Shown here one piece after another: positions 36,901 to 51,900 of a stretch of DNA of 64,000 bases (position 1 is its first letter; each line of letters starts with the position of its first letter). The stretch lies in contig OZ024744.1 in assembly GCA_964016885.1 (NCBI GenBank), positions 123,814,001-123,878,000 of the forward strand. Direction: 5' to 3'. Origin of the DNA: Eledone cirrhosa (Eukaryota). A program made the position numbers and the translations under genes. The notes below the pieces were generated by a model. It did no database searches and was not told where the DNA came from. It saw only the letters and a program-made list of their open reading frames with translations.

Positions 36901-39900
36901 TTACAAATATGGTAATGAAAGGGTTAATGACATAGACAGTGTCTTTCATTAGATATATGGTAATGAAAGGGTTAATGACATAGAGTCTTTCATTAGAAAT
37001 ATGGTAATGAAAGGGTTAATGAAATAGACAGTGTCTTTCATTAGAAATATGGTAATGAAAGGGTTGACATAGACAGTGTCTTTCATTAGAAATATGGTAA
37101 TGAAAGGGTTAATGACATAAACAGTGTCTTTCATTAGATATATGGTAATGAAAGGGTTAATGACATAGTGTTTTTCATTAGAAATATGGTAATGAAAGGG
37201 TTAATGACATAGACAGTGTCTTTCATTAGAAATATGGTAATGTAAGAGTTAATGACATAGTGTTTTTCATTAGAAATATTGTAATGAAAGGGTTAATGAC
37301 ATAAATAGTGTCTTTCATTAGAAATATGCTAATGAAAGGGCTAATGACAAACAGTGTCTTTCGTTAGAAATATGTTAATGAAAGGGTTAATGACATAGTG
37401 TTTTTGATTAGAAATGTGGTAATGAAAGGGTTAATGACTTAGACAGTGTCTTTCATTAGAAATATGGTAATGAAAGTGTTAATGACATAGACACTGTCTT
37501 TCATTAGAAATATGGTAAATGAAAGGGCTAATGACATAAACAGTGTCTTTCGTTAGAAATATGGTAATGAAAGGGTTAATGACATAGTGTTTTTGATTAG
37601 AAATATGGTAATGAAAGGGTTAATGACATAGACAGTGTCTTTCATTAGAAATATGGTAATGAAAGGGTTAATGACATAGTGTTTTTGATTAGAAATATGG
37701 TAATGAAAGGGTTAATGACATAGTGTTTTTGATTAGATATATGGTAATGTAAGGGTTAATGACATAGACAGGGTCTTTCATTAGAAATATGGTAATGTAA
37801 ATATTAATGACATAGACAGGGTCTTTCATTAGAAATATGTTAATGAAAGGGTTAATGACATGGACAGTGTCTTTCCTTAGAAATATGGTAATGGAATGGT
37901 TAAATATGGTAATGGAATGGTTACATTAGAATATGGTAATGAAAGGGTTAATGATATAGACAGTGTCTTTCATTAGAAATATGGTAAATGAAAGGGTTAA
38001 TGACATAGTGTCTTTCATTAGAAATATGGTAATGAAAGGGTTAAAGACATAGACTATCTTTCATTAGAAATATGGTAGTGAAAGGGTTAATGACATAGAC
38101 AGTGTCTTTCATTAGAATATGGTAATGAAAGGGCTAATGACATAAACAGTGTCTTTCGTTAGAAACATGGTAATGAAAGGGTTAATGACATAGTGTTTTC
38201 GATTAGAAATATGGTAATGAAACGGATAATGACATAGACAGTGTCTTTCATTAGAAATATGGTAATGAAAGGGTTAATGACATAGACAGTGTCTTTCATT
38301 AGAAATATGGTAGTGAAAGGGTTAATGACATAGACAGGGTCTTTCATTAGAAATATGGTAATGAAAGGTTTAATGACATAGACAGTGTCTTTCATTAGAA
38401 ATATGGTAATGAAAGGGTTAATGACATAAACAGTGTCTTTCATTAGAAATATGGTAATGAAAGGGTTAATGACATAGGCAGTCTCTTTCATTACAAATAT
38501 GGTAATAAAAGGGTTAATGACATAGACAGCGTCTTTCATTAGATATATGGTAATGAAAGGGTTAATGACATAGTGTCTTTCATTAGAAATATGGTAATGA
38601 AAGTGTTAATGAGATAGACAGTGTCTTTCATTAGAAACATGGTAATGGAATGGTTAAATATGGTCATGGAATGGTTACATTAGAAATATGGTAATGAAAG
38701 GGTTAATGGCATAGACAGTGTCTTTCATTAGAAATATGGTAATGAAAGGGTTAATGGCATAGACAGTGTCTTTCATTAGAAATATGGTAATGAAAGGGTT
38801 AATGACATAGTGTTTTTCATTAGAACATGGTAATGAAAGGGCTAATGACATAAACAGTGTCTTTCGTTAGAAATGTGGTAATGAAAGGGTTAATGACTTC
38901 GACAGTCTTTCATTACAAATATGGTAATGAAAGGGTTAATGACATAGACAGTGTCTTTCATTAGAAATATGGTAATGAAAGGGTTAATGACTTAGACAGT
39001 CTTTCATTAGATATATGGTAATGAAAGGGTTAATGACATAGTGTCTTTCATTAGAAATATGGTAATGAAAGGGTTAATGACATAGACAGTGTCTTTCATT
39101 AGAAATATGGTAATGAAAGGGTTAGTGACATAGGCAGTCTCTTTCATTACAAATATGGTAATGAAAGGGTTAATGACATAGACAGTGTCTTTCATTAGAT
39201 ATATGGTAATGAAAGGGTTAATGACATAGTCTTTCATTAGAAATATGGTAATGAAAGGGTTAATGAAATAGACAGTGTCTTTCATTAGAAATATGGTAAT
39301 GAAAGGGTTGACATAGACAGTGTCTTTCATTAGAAATATGGTAATGAAAGGGTTAATGACATAAACAGTGTCTTTCATTAGATATATGGTAATGAAAGGG
39401 TTAATGACATAGTGTTTTTCATTAGAAATATGGTAATGAAAGGGTTAATGACATAGACAGTGTCTTTCATTAGAAATATGGTAATGTAAGAGTTAATGAC
39501 ATAGTGTTTTTCATTAGAAATATTGTAATGAAAGGGTTAATGACATAAATAGTGTCTTTCATTAGAAATATGCTAATGAAAGGGCTAATGACAAACAGTG
39601 TCTTTCGTTAGAAATATGTTAATGAAAGGGTTAATGACATAGTGTTTTTGATTAGAAATGTGGTAATGAAAGGGTTAATGACTTAGACAGTGTCTTTCAT
39701 TAGAAATATGGTAATGAAAGTGTTAATGACATAGACACTGTCTTTCATTAGAAATATGGTAAATGAAAGGGCTAATGACATAAACAGTGTCTTTCGTTAG
39801 AAATATGGTAATGAAAGGGTTAATGACATAGTGTTTTTGATTAGAAATATGGTAATGAAAGGGTTAATGACATAGACAGTGTCTTTCATTAGAAATATGG

Positions 39901-42900
39901 TAATGAAAGGGTTAATGACATAGTGTTTTTGATTAGAAATATGGTAATGAAAGGGTTAATGACATAGTGTTTTTGATTAGATATATGGTAATGTAAGGGT
40001 TAATGACATAGACAGGGTCTTTCATTAGAAATATGGTAATGTAAATATTAATGACATAGACAGGGTCTTTCATTAGAAATATGTTAATGAAAGGGTTAAT
40101 GACATGGACAGTGTCTTTCCTTAGAAATATGGTAATGGAATGGTTAAATATGGTAATGGAATGGTTACATTAGAATATGGTAATGAAAGGGTTAATGATA
40201 TAGACAGTGTCTTTCATTAGAAATATGGTAAATGAAAGGGTTAATGACATAGTGTCTTTCATTAGAAATATGGTAATGAAAGGGTTAAAGACATATACTA
40301 TCTTTCATTAGAAATATGGTAGTGAAAGGGTTAATGACATAGACAGTGTCTTTCATTAGAATATGGTAATGAAAGGGCTAATGACATAAACAGTGTCTTT
40401 CGTTAGAAATATGGTAATGAAAGGGTTAATGACATAGTGTTTTCGATTAGAAATATGGTAATGAAACGGATAATGACATAGACAGTGTCTTTCATTAGAA
40501 ATATGGTAATGAAAGGGTTAATAACATAGACAGTGTCTTTCATTAGAAATATGGTAGTGAAAGGGTTAATGACATAGACAGGGTCTTTCATTAGAAATAT
40601 GGTAATGAAAGGGTTAATGACATAGACAGTGTCTTTCATTACAAATATGGTAATGAAAGGGTTAATGACATAAACTGTGTCTTTCATTAGAAATATGGTA
40701 ATGAAAGGGTTAATGACATAGGCAGTCTCTTTCATTACAAATATGGTAATAAAAGGGTTAATGACATAGACAGTGTCTTTCATTAGATATATGGTAACGA
40801 ATGGGTTAATGACATAGTGTCTTTCATTAGAAATATGGTAATGAAAGTGTTAATGACATAGACAGTGTCTTTCATTAGAAATATGGTAATGGAATGGTTA
40901 AATATGGTCATGGAATGGTTACATTAGAAATATGGTAATGAAAGGGTTAATGGCATAGACAGTGTCTTTCATTAGAAATATGGTAATGAAAGGGTTAATG
41001 GCATAGACAGTGTCTTTCATTAGAAATATGGTAATGAAAGGGTTAATGACATAGTGTTTTTCATTAGAACATGGTAATGAAAGGGCTAATGACATAAACA
41101 GTGTCTTTCGTTAGAAATGTGGTAATGAAAGGGTTAATGACTTCGACAGTCCTTCATTACAAATATGGTAATGAAAGGGTTAATGACATAGACAGTGTCT
41201 TTCATTAGAAATATGGTAATGAAAGGGTTAATGACTTAGACAGTCTTTCATTAGATATATGGTAATGAAAGGGTTAATGACATAGTGTCTTTCATTAGAA
41301 ATATGGTAATGAAAGGGTTAATGACATAGACAGTGTCTTTCATTAGAAATATGGTAATGAAAGGGTTAGTGATATAGGCAGTCTCTTTCATTACAAATAT
41401 GGTAATGAAAGGGTTAATGACATAGACAGTGTCTTTCATTAGATATATGGTAATGAAAGGGTTAATGACATAGAGTCTTTCATTAGAAATATGGTAATGA
41501 AAGGGTTAATGAAATAGACAGTGTCTTTCATTAGAAATATGGTAATGAAAGGGTTGACATAGACAGTGTCTTTCATTAGAAATATGGTAATGAAAGGGTT
41601 AATGACATAAACAGTGTCTTTCATTAGATATATGGTAATGAAAGGGTTAATGACATAGTGTTTTTCATTAGAAATATGGTAATGAAAGGGTTAATGACAT
41701 AGACAGTGTCTTTCATTAGAAATATGGTAATGTAAGAGTTAATGACATAGTGTTTTTCATTAGAAATATTGTAATGAAAGGGTTAATGACATAAATAGTG
41801 TCTTTCATTAGAAATATGCTAATGAAAGGGCTAATGACAAACAGTGTCTTTCGTTAGAAATATGTTAATGAAAGGGTTAATGACATAGTGTTTTTGATTA
41901 GAAATGTGGTAATGAAAGGGTTAATGACTTAGACAGTGTCTTTCATTAGAAATATGGTAATGAAAGTGTTAATGACATAGACACTGTCTTTCATTAGAAA
42001 TATGGTAAATGAAAGGGCTAATGACATAAACAGTGTCTTTCGTTAGAAATATGGTAATGAAAGGGTTAATGACATAGTGTTTTTGATTAGAAATATGGTA
42101 ATGAAAGGGTTAATGACATAGACAGTGTCTTTCATTAGAAATATGGTAATGAAAGGGTTAATGACATAGTGTTTTTGATTAGAAATATGGTAATGAAAGG
42201 GTTAATGACATAGTGTTTTTGATTAGATATATGGTAATGTAAGGGTTAATGACATAGACAGGGTCTTTCATTAGAAATATGGTAATGTAAATATTAATGA
42301 CATAGACAGGGTCTTTCATTAGAAATATGTTAATGAAAGGGTTAATGACATGGACAGTGTCTTTCCTTAGAAATATGGTAATGGAATGGTTAAATATGGT
42401 AATGGAATGGTTACATTAGAATATGGTAATGAAAGGGTTAATGATATAGACAGTGTCTTTCATTAGAAATATGGTAAATGAAAGGGTTAATGACATAGTG
42501 TCTTTCATTAGAAATATGGTAATGAAAGGGTTAAAGACATAGACTATCTTTCATTAGAAATATGGTAGTGAAAGGGTTAATGACATAGTGTTTTTGATTA
42601 GAAATGTGGTAATGAAAGGGTTAATGACTTAGACAGTGTCTTTCATTAGAAATATGGTAATGAAAGTGTTAATGACATAGACACTGTCTTTCATTAGAAA
42701 TATGGTAAATGAAAGGGCTAATGACATAAACAGTGTCTTTCGTTAGAAACATGGTAATGAAAGGGTTAATGACATAGTGTTTTCGATTAGAAATATGGTA
42801 ATGAAACGGATAATGACATAGACAGTGTCTTTCATTAGAAATATGGTAATGAAAGGGTTAATGACATAGACAGTGTCTTTCATTAGAAATATGGTAGTGA

Positions 42901-45900
42901 AAGGGTTAATGACATAGACAGGGTCTTTCATTAGAAATATGGTAATGAAAGGTTTAATGACATAGACAGTGTCTTTCATTAGAAATATGGTAATGAAAGG
43001 GTTAATGACATAAACAGTGTCTTTCATTAGAAATATGGTAATGAAAGGGTTAATGACATAGGCAGTCTCTTTCATTACAAATATGGTAATAAAAGGGTTA
43101 ATGACATAGACAGCGTCTTTCATTAGATATATGGTAATGAAAGGGTTAATGACATAGTGTCTTTCATTAGAAATATGGTAATGAAAGTGTTAATGAGATA
43201 GACAGTGTCTTTCATTAGAAACATGGTAATGGAATGGTTAAATATGGTCATGGAATGGTTACATTAGAAATATGGTAATGAAAGGGTTAATGGCATAGAC
43301 AGTGTCTTTCATTAGAAATATGGTAATGAAAGGGTTAATGGCATAGACAGTGTCTTTCATTAGAAATATGGTAATGAAAGGGTTAATGGCATAGACAGTG
43401 TCTTTCATTAGAAATATGGTAATGAAAGGGTTAATGACATAGTGTTTTTCATTAGAACATGGTAATGAAAGGGCTAATGACATAAACAGTGTCTTTCATT
43501 TGAAATGTGGTAATGAAAGGGTTAATGACTTAGACAGTGTCTTTCATTAGAAATATGGTAATGAAAGGGTTAATGACTTAGACAGTCTTTCGTTAGATAT
43601 ATGGTAATGAAAGGGTTAATGACATAGTGTCTTTCATTAGAAATATGGTAATGAAAGGGTTAATGACATAGACAGTGTCTTTCATTAGAAATATGGTAAT
43701 GAAAGGGTTAGTGACATAGGCAGTCTCTTTCATTACAAATATGGTAATGAAAGGGTTAATGACATAGACAGTGTCTTTCATTAGATATATGGTAATGAAA
43801 GGGTTAATGACATAGAGTCTTTCATTAGAAATATGGTAATGAAAGGGTTAATGAAATAGACAGTGTCTTTCATTAGAAATATGGTAATGAAAGGGTTGAC
43901 ATAGACAGTGTCTTTCATTAGAAATATGGTAATCGAAGGGTTAATGACATAAACAGTGTCTTTCATTAGATATATGGTAATGAAAGGGTTAATGACATAG
44001 TGTTTTTCATTAGAAATATGGTAATGAAAGGGTTAATGACATTGACGGTGTCTTTCATTAGAAATATGGTAATGTAAGGGTTAATGACATAGTGTTTTTC
44101 ATTAGAAATATAGTAATGAAAGGGTTAATGACATAAATAGTGTCTTTCATTAGAAATATGCTAATGAAAGGGCTAATGACATAAACAGTATCTTTCGTTA
44201 GAAATATGTTAATGAAAGGGTTAATGACATAGTGTTTTTGATTAGAAATGTGGTAATGAAAGGGTTAATGACTTAGACAGTGTCTTTCATTAGAAATATG
44301 GTTATGGAATGGTTAAATATGGTAATGGAATGGTTACATTAGAAATATGGTAATGAAAGGGTTAATGTCATAGACAGTGTCTTTCATTAGAAATATGCTA
44401 ATGAAAGTGTTAATGACATAGACACTGTCTTTCATTAGAAATATGGTAAATGAAAGGGCTAATGACATAAACAGTGTCTTTCGTTAGAAATATGGTAATG
44501 AAAGGGTTAATGACATAGTGTTTTTGATTAGAAATATGGTAATGAAAGGGTTAATGACATAGACAGTGTCTTTCATTAGAAATATGGTAATGAAAGGGTT
44601 AATGACATAGTGTTTTTGATTAGAAATATGGTAATGAAAGGGTTAATGACATAGTGTTTTTGATTAGATATATGGTAATGTAAGGGTTAATGACATAGAC
44701 AGGGTCTTTCATTAGAAATATGGTAATGTAAGGATTAATGACATAGACAGGGTCTTTCATTAGAAATATGTTAATGAAAGGGTTAATGACATGGACAGTG
44801 TCTTTCATTAGAAATATGGTAATGGAATGGTTAAATATGGTAATGGAATGGTTACATTAGAACATGGTAATGAAAGGGTTAATGACATAGACAGTGTCTT
44901 TCATTAGAAATATGGTAAATGAAAGGGTTAATGACATAGTGTCTTTCATTAGAAATATGGTAATGAAAGGGTTAAAGACATAGACTATCTTTCATTAGAA
45001 ATATGGTAGTGAAAGGGTTAATGACATAGACAGGGTCTTTCATTAGAAATATGGTAATGAAAGGTTTAATGACATAGACAGTGTCTTTCATTAGAAATAT
45101 GGTAATGAAAGGGTTAATGACATAGACAGTGTCTTTCATTAGAAATATGGTAGTGAAAGGGTTAATGACATAGACAGGGTCTTTCATTAGAAATATGGTA
45201 ATGAAAGGTTTAATGACATAGACAGTGTCTTTCATTAGAAATATGGTAATGAAAGGGTTAATGACATAAACAGTGTCTTTCATTAGAAATATGGTAATGA
45301 AAGGGTTAATGACATAGGCAGTCTCTTTCATTACAAATATAGTAATAAAAGGGTTAATGACATAGACTGTGTCTTTCATTAGATATATGGTAATGAAAGG
45401 GTTAATGACATAGTGTCTTTCATTAGAAATATGGTAATGAAAGTGTTAATGACATAGACAGTGTCTTTCATTAGAAATATGGTAATGGAATGGTTAAATA
45501 TGGTAATGGAATGGTTACATTAGAAATATGGTAATGAAAGGGTTAATGGCATAGACAGTGTCTTTCATTAGAAATATGGTAATGAAAGGGTTAATGGCAT
45601 AGACAGTGTCTTTCATTAGAAATATGGTAATGAAAGGGTTAATGACATAGACAGTGTCTTTCATTAGATATATGGTAATGAAAGGGTTAATGACATAATG
45701 GAATGGTTAAATATGGTAATGGAATGGTTACATTAGAAATATGGTAATGAAAGGGTTAATGGCATAGACAGTGTCTTTCATTAGAAAGATGGTAATGAAA
45801 GGGATAATGACATAGACAGTGTCTTTCATTAGAAATATGGTAATGTAAGGGTTAATGACATAGACAGTGTCTTTCATTAGAAATATGGTAATTAAAGGGT

Positions 45901-48900
45901 TAATGACATAGACAGTGTTTTCATTAGAAATATGGTAATGAAAGGGCTAATGACATAAACAGTGTCTTTCGTTAGAAATATGGTAATGAAAGGGTTAATG
46001 ACATAGACAATGTCTTTCATCAGAAATATGGTAATGGAATGGTTAAATATGGTAATGGAATGGTTACATTAGAAATATGGTAATGAAAGGGTTAATGACA
46101 TAGACAGTGTCTTTCATTAGAAATATGGTAATTAAAGGGTTAATGACATAGACAGTGTCTTTCATTCGAAATATGGTAAATGAAAGGGTTAATGACATAG
46201 ACAGTGTCTTTCATTAGAAATATGGTAATGAAAGGGTTAATCACATAGATAGTGTCTTTCATTAGTAATATGGTAAATGAAAGGGTTAATGACATAGTGT
46301 TTTTCATTAGAATATGGTAATGAAAGGGTTAATGACATAGACAGTGTCTTTCATTAGAAATATGGTAATTAAAGGGTTAATGACATAGACAGTGTCTTTC
46401 ATTAGAAATATGGTAAATGAAAGGGTTAAAGACATAGACTGTCTTTCAATAGAAATATGGTAGTGAAAGGGTTAATGACATAGACAGTGTCTTTCATTAG
46501 TAATATGGTAAATGAAAGGGTTAATGACATAGTGTTTTTCATTAGAAATATGCTAATGAAAGGTTTTATGGCATAGACAGTGTCTTTCATTAGAAATATG
46601 GTAATGAAAGGGTTAATGACATAGACAGTGTCTTTCATTAGAAATATGGTAAAGAAAGGGTTAATGACATAGACAGTGTCTTTCCTTAGATATATGGTAA
46701 TGAAAGGGTTAATGACATAGACAGTGTCTTTCATTAGAAATATGGTAATGAAAGGGTTAATGACATAGACAGTGACTTTCATTAGAAATATGGTAATGAA
46801 AGGGTTAATGACATAGACAGTGTCTTTCATTAGAAATATGGTAATGGAATGGTTACATTAGAAATATGGTAATGAGAGGGTTAATGGCATAGACAGTGTC
46901 TTTCATTAGAAGTATGGTAATGAAAGGGTTAATGACATAAACAGTGTCTTTCATTAGAAATATGTTAATGAAAGGGTTAATGACATAGACAGTGTCTTTC
47001 ATGAGAATTATGGTAATGAAAGGGTTAATGACATAGACAGTGTCTTTTATTAGATATATGGTAATGAAACGGTTAATGACATAAACAGTATCTTTCATTT
47101 GAAATATTATAATGAAAGTGTTAATGACATAGACAGTGTCTTTCATTAGAAATATGTTAATGAAAGGGTTAATGACATAGACGTGTCTTTCATTCGAAAT
47201 ATGGTAATGAAAGGATTAATGACATGGACAGTGTCTTTTATTAGCTATATGGTAATGAAAGTGTTAATGAAATAGACAGTGTCTTTCATTAGATATATGG
47301 TAATGAAAGGGTTAATGACATAGTGTCTTTCATTAGAAATATAGTAATGAAAGGGTTAATGACATCAACAGTGTCTTTCATTAGAAATATGGTAATGAAA
47401 GGGTTAATGACATAGTGTTTTTCATTAGAAATATAGTAATGAAAGGGTTAATGACATAAATAGTGTCTTTCATTAGAAATATGGTAATGTAAGGGTTAAT
47501 GACATAGACAGTGTCTTTCATTCGAAATATGGTAAATGAAAGGGTTAATGACATAGACAGTGTCTTTCATTAGAAATATGGTAATGAAAGGGTTAATCAC
47601 ATAGATAGTCTTTCATTAGTAATATGGTAAATGAATGGGTTAATGACATAGTGTTTTTCATTAGAATATGGTAATGAAAGGGTTAATGACATAGACAGTG
47701 TCTTTCATTAGAAATATGGTAATTAAAGGGTTAATGACATAGACAGTGTCTTTCATTAGCTATATGGTAATGAAAGTGTTAATGAAATAGACAGTGTCTT
47801 TCATTAGATATATGGTAATGAAAGGGTTAATGACATAGTGTCTTTCATTAGAAATATAGTAATGAAAGGGTTAATGACATCAACAGTGTCTTTCATTAGA
47901 AATATGGTAATGAAAGGGTTAATGACATAGTGTTTTTTATTAGAAATATAGTAATGAAAGGGTTAATGACATAAATAGTGTCTTTCATTAGAAATATTGT
48001 AATGAAAGGGTTAATGACATAGATAGTGTCTTTCATTTGAAATTTGGTAATGAAAGTGTTAATGACATAGACAGTGTCTTTCATTAGAAATATGGTAATG
48101 AAAGGGTTAATGACAGTGCTTTTCATTAGAAATATGGTAATGAAAGTGTTAATGAAATAGACAGTGTCTTTCATTAGATATATGGTAATGAAAGGGTTAA
48201 TGACATAGTGTCTTTCATTAGAAATATAGTAATGAAAGGGTTCATGACATAGACACTGTCTTTCATTAGAAATATGGTATATGAAAGGGTTAATGACATA
48301 GTGTTTTTCATTAGAATATGGTAATGAAAGGGCTAATGACATAGACAGTGTCTTTCATTAGAAATATGATAATGAAAGGGTTAATGACATAGACAGTGTC
48401 TTTCATTAGAAATATGGTAATGAAAGGGTTAATGACATAAACAGTGTCTTTCATTAGAAATATGTTAATGAAAGGGTTAATGACATAGACAGTGTCTTTC
48501 ATGAGAATTATGGTAATGAAAGGGTTAATGACATAGACAGTGTCTTTTATTAGATATATGGTAATGAAACGGTTAATGACATAAACAGTATCTTTCATTT
48601 GAAATATTATAATGAAAGTGTTAATGACATAGACAGTGTCTTTCATTAGAAATATGGTAATGAAAGGGTTAATGACATAGTGTCTTTCATTAGAAATATA
48701 GTAATGAAAGGGTTCATGACATAGACACTGTCTTTCATTAGAAATATGGTATATGAAAGGGTTAATGACATAGTGTTTTTCATTAGAATATGGTAATGAA
48801 AGGGCTAATGACATAGACAGTGTCTTTCATTAGAAATATGGTAATGAAAGGGTTAATGACATAGACAGTGTCTTTCATTAGAATATGGTAATGAAAGGGC

Positions 48901-51900
48901 TAATGACATAAACAGTGTCTTTCGTTAGAAACATGGTAATGAAAGGGTTAATGACATAGTGTTTTCGATTAGAAATATGGTAATGAAACGGATAATGACA
49001 TAGACAGTGTCTTTCATTAGAAATATGGTAATGAAAGGGTTAATGACATAGACAGTGTCTTTCATTAGAAATATGGTAGTGAAAGGGTTAATGACATAGA
49101 CAGGGTCTTTCATTAGAAATATGGTAATGAAAGGTTTAATGACATAGACAGTGTCTTTCATTAGAAATATGGTAATGAAAGGGTTAATGACATAAACAGT
49201 GTCTTTCATTAGAAATATGGTAATGAAAGGGTTAATGACATAGGCAGTCTCTTTCATTACAAATATGGTAATAAAAGGGTTAATGACATAGACAGCGTCT
49301 TTCATTAGATATATGGTAATGAAAGGGTTAATGACATAGTGTCTTTCATTAGAAATATGGTAATGAAAGTGTTAATGAGATAGACAGTGTCTTTCATTAG
49401 AAACATGGTAATGGAATGGTTAAATATGGTCATGGAATGGTTACATTAGAAATATGGTAATGAAAGGGTTAATGGCATAGACAGTGTCTTTCATTAGAAA
49501 TATGGTAATGAAAGGGTTAATGGCATAGACAGTGTCTTTCATTAGAAATATGGTAATGAAAGGGTTAATGGCATAGACAGTGTCTTTCATTAGAAATATG
49601 GTAATGAAAGGGTTAATGACATAGTGTTTTTCATTAGAACATGGTAATGAAAGGGCTAATGACATAAACAGTGTCTTTCATTTGAAATGTGGTAATGAAA
49701 GGGTTAATGACTTAGACAGTGTCTTTCATTAGAAATATGGTAATGAAAGGGTTAATGACTTAGACAGTCTTTCGTTAGATATATGGTAATGAAAGGGTTA
49801 ATGACATAGTGTCTTTCATTAGAAATATGGTAATGAAAGGGTTAATGACATAGACAGTGTCTTTCATTAGAAATATGGTAATGAAAGGGTTAGTGACATA
49901 GGCAGTCTCTTTCATTACAAATATGGTAATGAAAGGGTTAATGACATAGACAGTGTCTTTCATTAGATATATGGTAATGAAAGGGTTAATGACATAGAGT
50001 CTTTCATTAGAAATATGGTAATGAAAGGGTTAATGAAATAGACAGTGTCTTTCATTAGAAATATGGTAATGAAAGGGTTGACATAGACAGTGTCTTTCAT
50101 TAGAAATATGGTAATCGAAGGGTTAATGACATAAACAGTGTCTTTCATTAGATATATGGTAATGAAAGGGTTAATGACATAGTGTTTTTCATTAGAAATA
50201 TGGTAATGAAAGGGTTAATGACATTGACGGTGTCTTTCATTAGAAATATGGTAATGTAAGGGTTAATGACATAGTGTTTTTCATTAGAAATATAGTAATG
50301 AAAGGGTTAATGACATAAATAGTGTCTTTCATTAGAAATATGCTAATGAAAGGGCTAATGACATAAACAGTATCTTTCGTTAGAAATATGTTAATGAAAG
50401 GGTTAATGACATAGTGTTTTTGATTAGAAATGTGGTAATGAAAGGGTTAATGACTTAGACAGTGTCTTTCATTAGAAATATGGTTATGGAATGGTTAAAT
50501 ATGGTAATGGAATGGTTACATTAGAAATATGGTAATGAAAGGGTTAATGTCATAGACAGTGTCTTTCATTAGAAATATGCTAATGAAAGTGTTAATGACA
50601 TAGACACTGTCTTTCATTAGAAATATGGTAAATGAAAGGGCTAATGACATAAACAGTGTCTTTCGTTAGAAATATGGTAATGAAAGGGTTAATGACATAG
50701 TGTTTTTGATTAGAAATATGGTAATGAAAGGGTTAATGACATAGACAGTGTCTTTCATTAGAAATATGGTAATGAAAGGGTTAATGACATAGTGTTTTTG
50801 ATTAGAAATATGGTAATGAAAGGGTTAATGACATAGTGTTTTTGATTAGATATATGGTAATGTAAGGGTTAATGACATAGACAGGGTCTTTCATTAGAAA
50901 TATGGTAATGTAAGGATTAATGACATAGACAGGGTCTTTCATTAGAAATATGTTAATGAAAGGGTTAATGACATGGACAGTGTCTTTCATTAGAAATATG
51001 GTAATGGAATGGTTAAATATGGTAATGGAATGGTTACATTAGAACATGGTAATGAAAGGGTTAATGACATAGACAGTGTCTTTCATTAGAAATATGGTAA
51101 ATGAAAGGGTTAATGACATAGTGTCTTTCATTAGAAATATGGTAATGAAAGGGTTAAAGACATAGACTATCTTTCATTAGAAATATGGTAGTGAAAGGGT
51201 TAATGACATAGACAGGGTCTTTCATTAGAAATATGGTAATGAAAGGTTTAATGACATAGACAGTGTCTTTCATTAGAAATATGGTAATGAAAGGGTTAAT
51301 GACATAGACAGTGTCTTTCATTAGAAATATGGTAGTGAAAGGGTTAATGACATAGACAGGGTCTTTCATTAGAAATATGGTAATGAAAGGTTTAATGACA
51401 TAGACAGTGTCTTTCATTAGAAATATGGTAATGAAAGGGTTAATGACATAAACAGTGTCTTTCATTAGAAATATGGTAATGAAAGGGTTAATGACATAGG
51501 CAGTCTCTTTCATTACAAATATAGTAATAAAAGGGTTAATGACATAGACTGTGTCTTTCATTAGATATATGGTAATGAAAGGGTTAATGACATAGTGTCT
51601 TTCATTAGAAATATGGTAATGAAAGTGTTAATGACATAGACAGTGTCTTTCATTAGAAATATGGTAATGGAATGGTTAAATATGGTAATGGAATGGTTAC
51701 ATTAGAAATATGGTAATGAAAGGGTTAATGGCATAGACAGTGTCTTTCATTAGAAATATGGTAATGAAAGGGTTAATGGCATAGACAGTGTCTTTCATTA
51801 GAAATATGGTAATGAAAGGGTTAATGACATAGACAGTGTCTTTCATTAGAAATATGGTAATGAAAGGGTTAATGACATAGACAGTGTCTTTCATTAGAAA

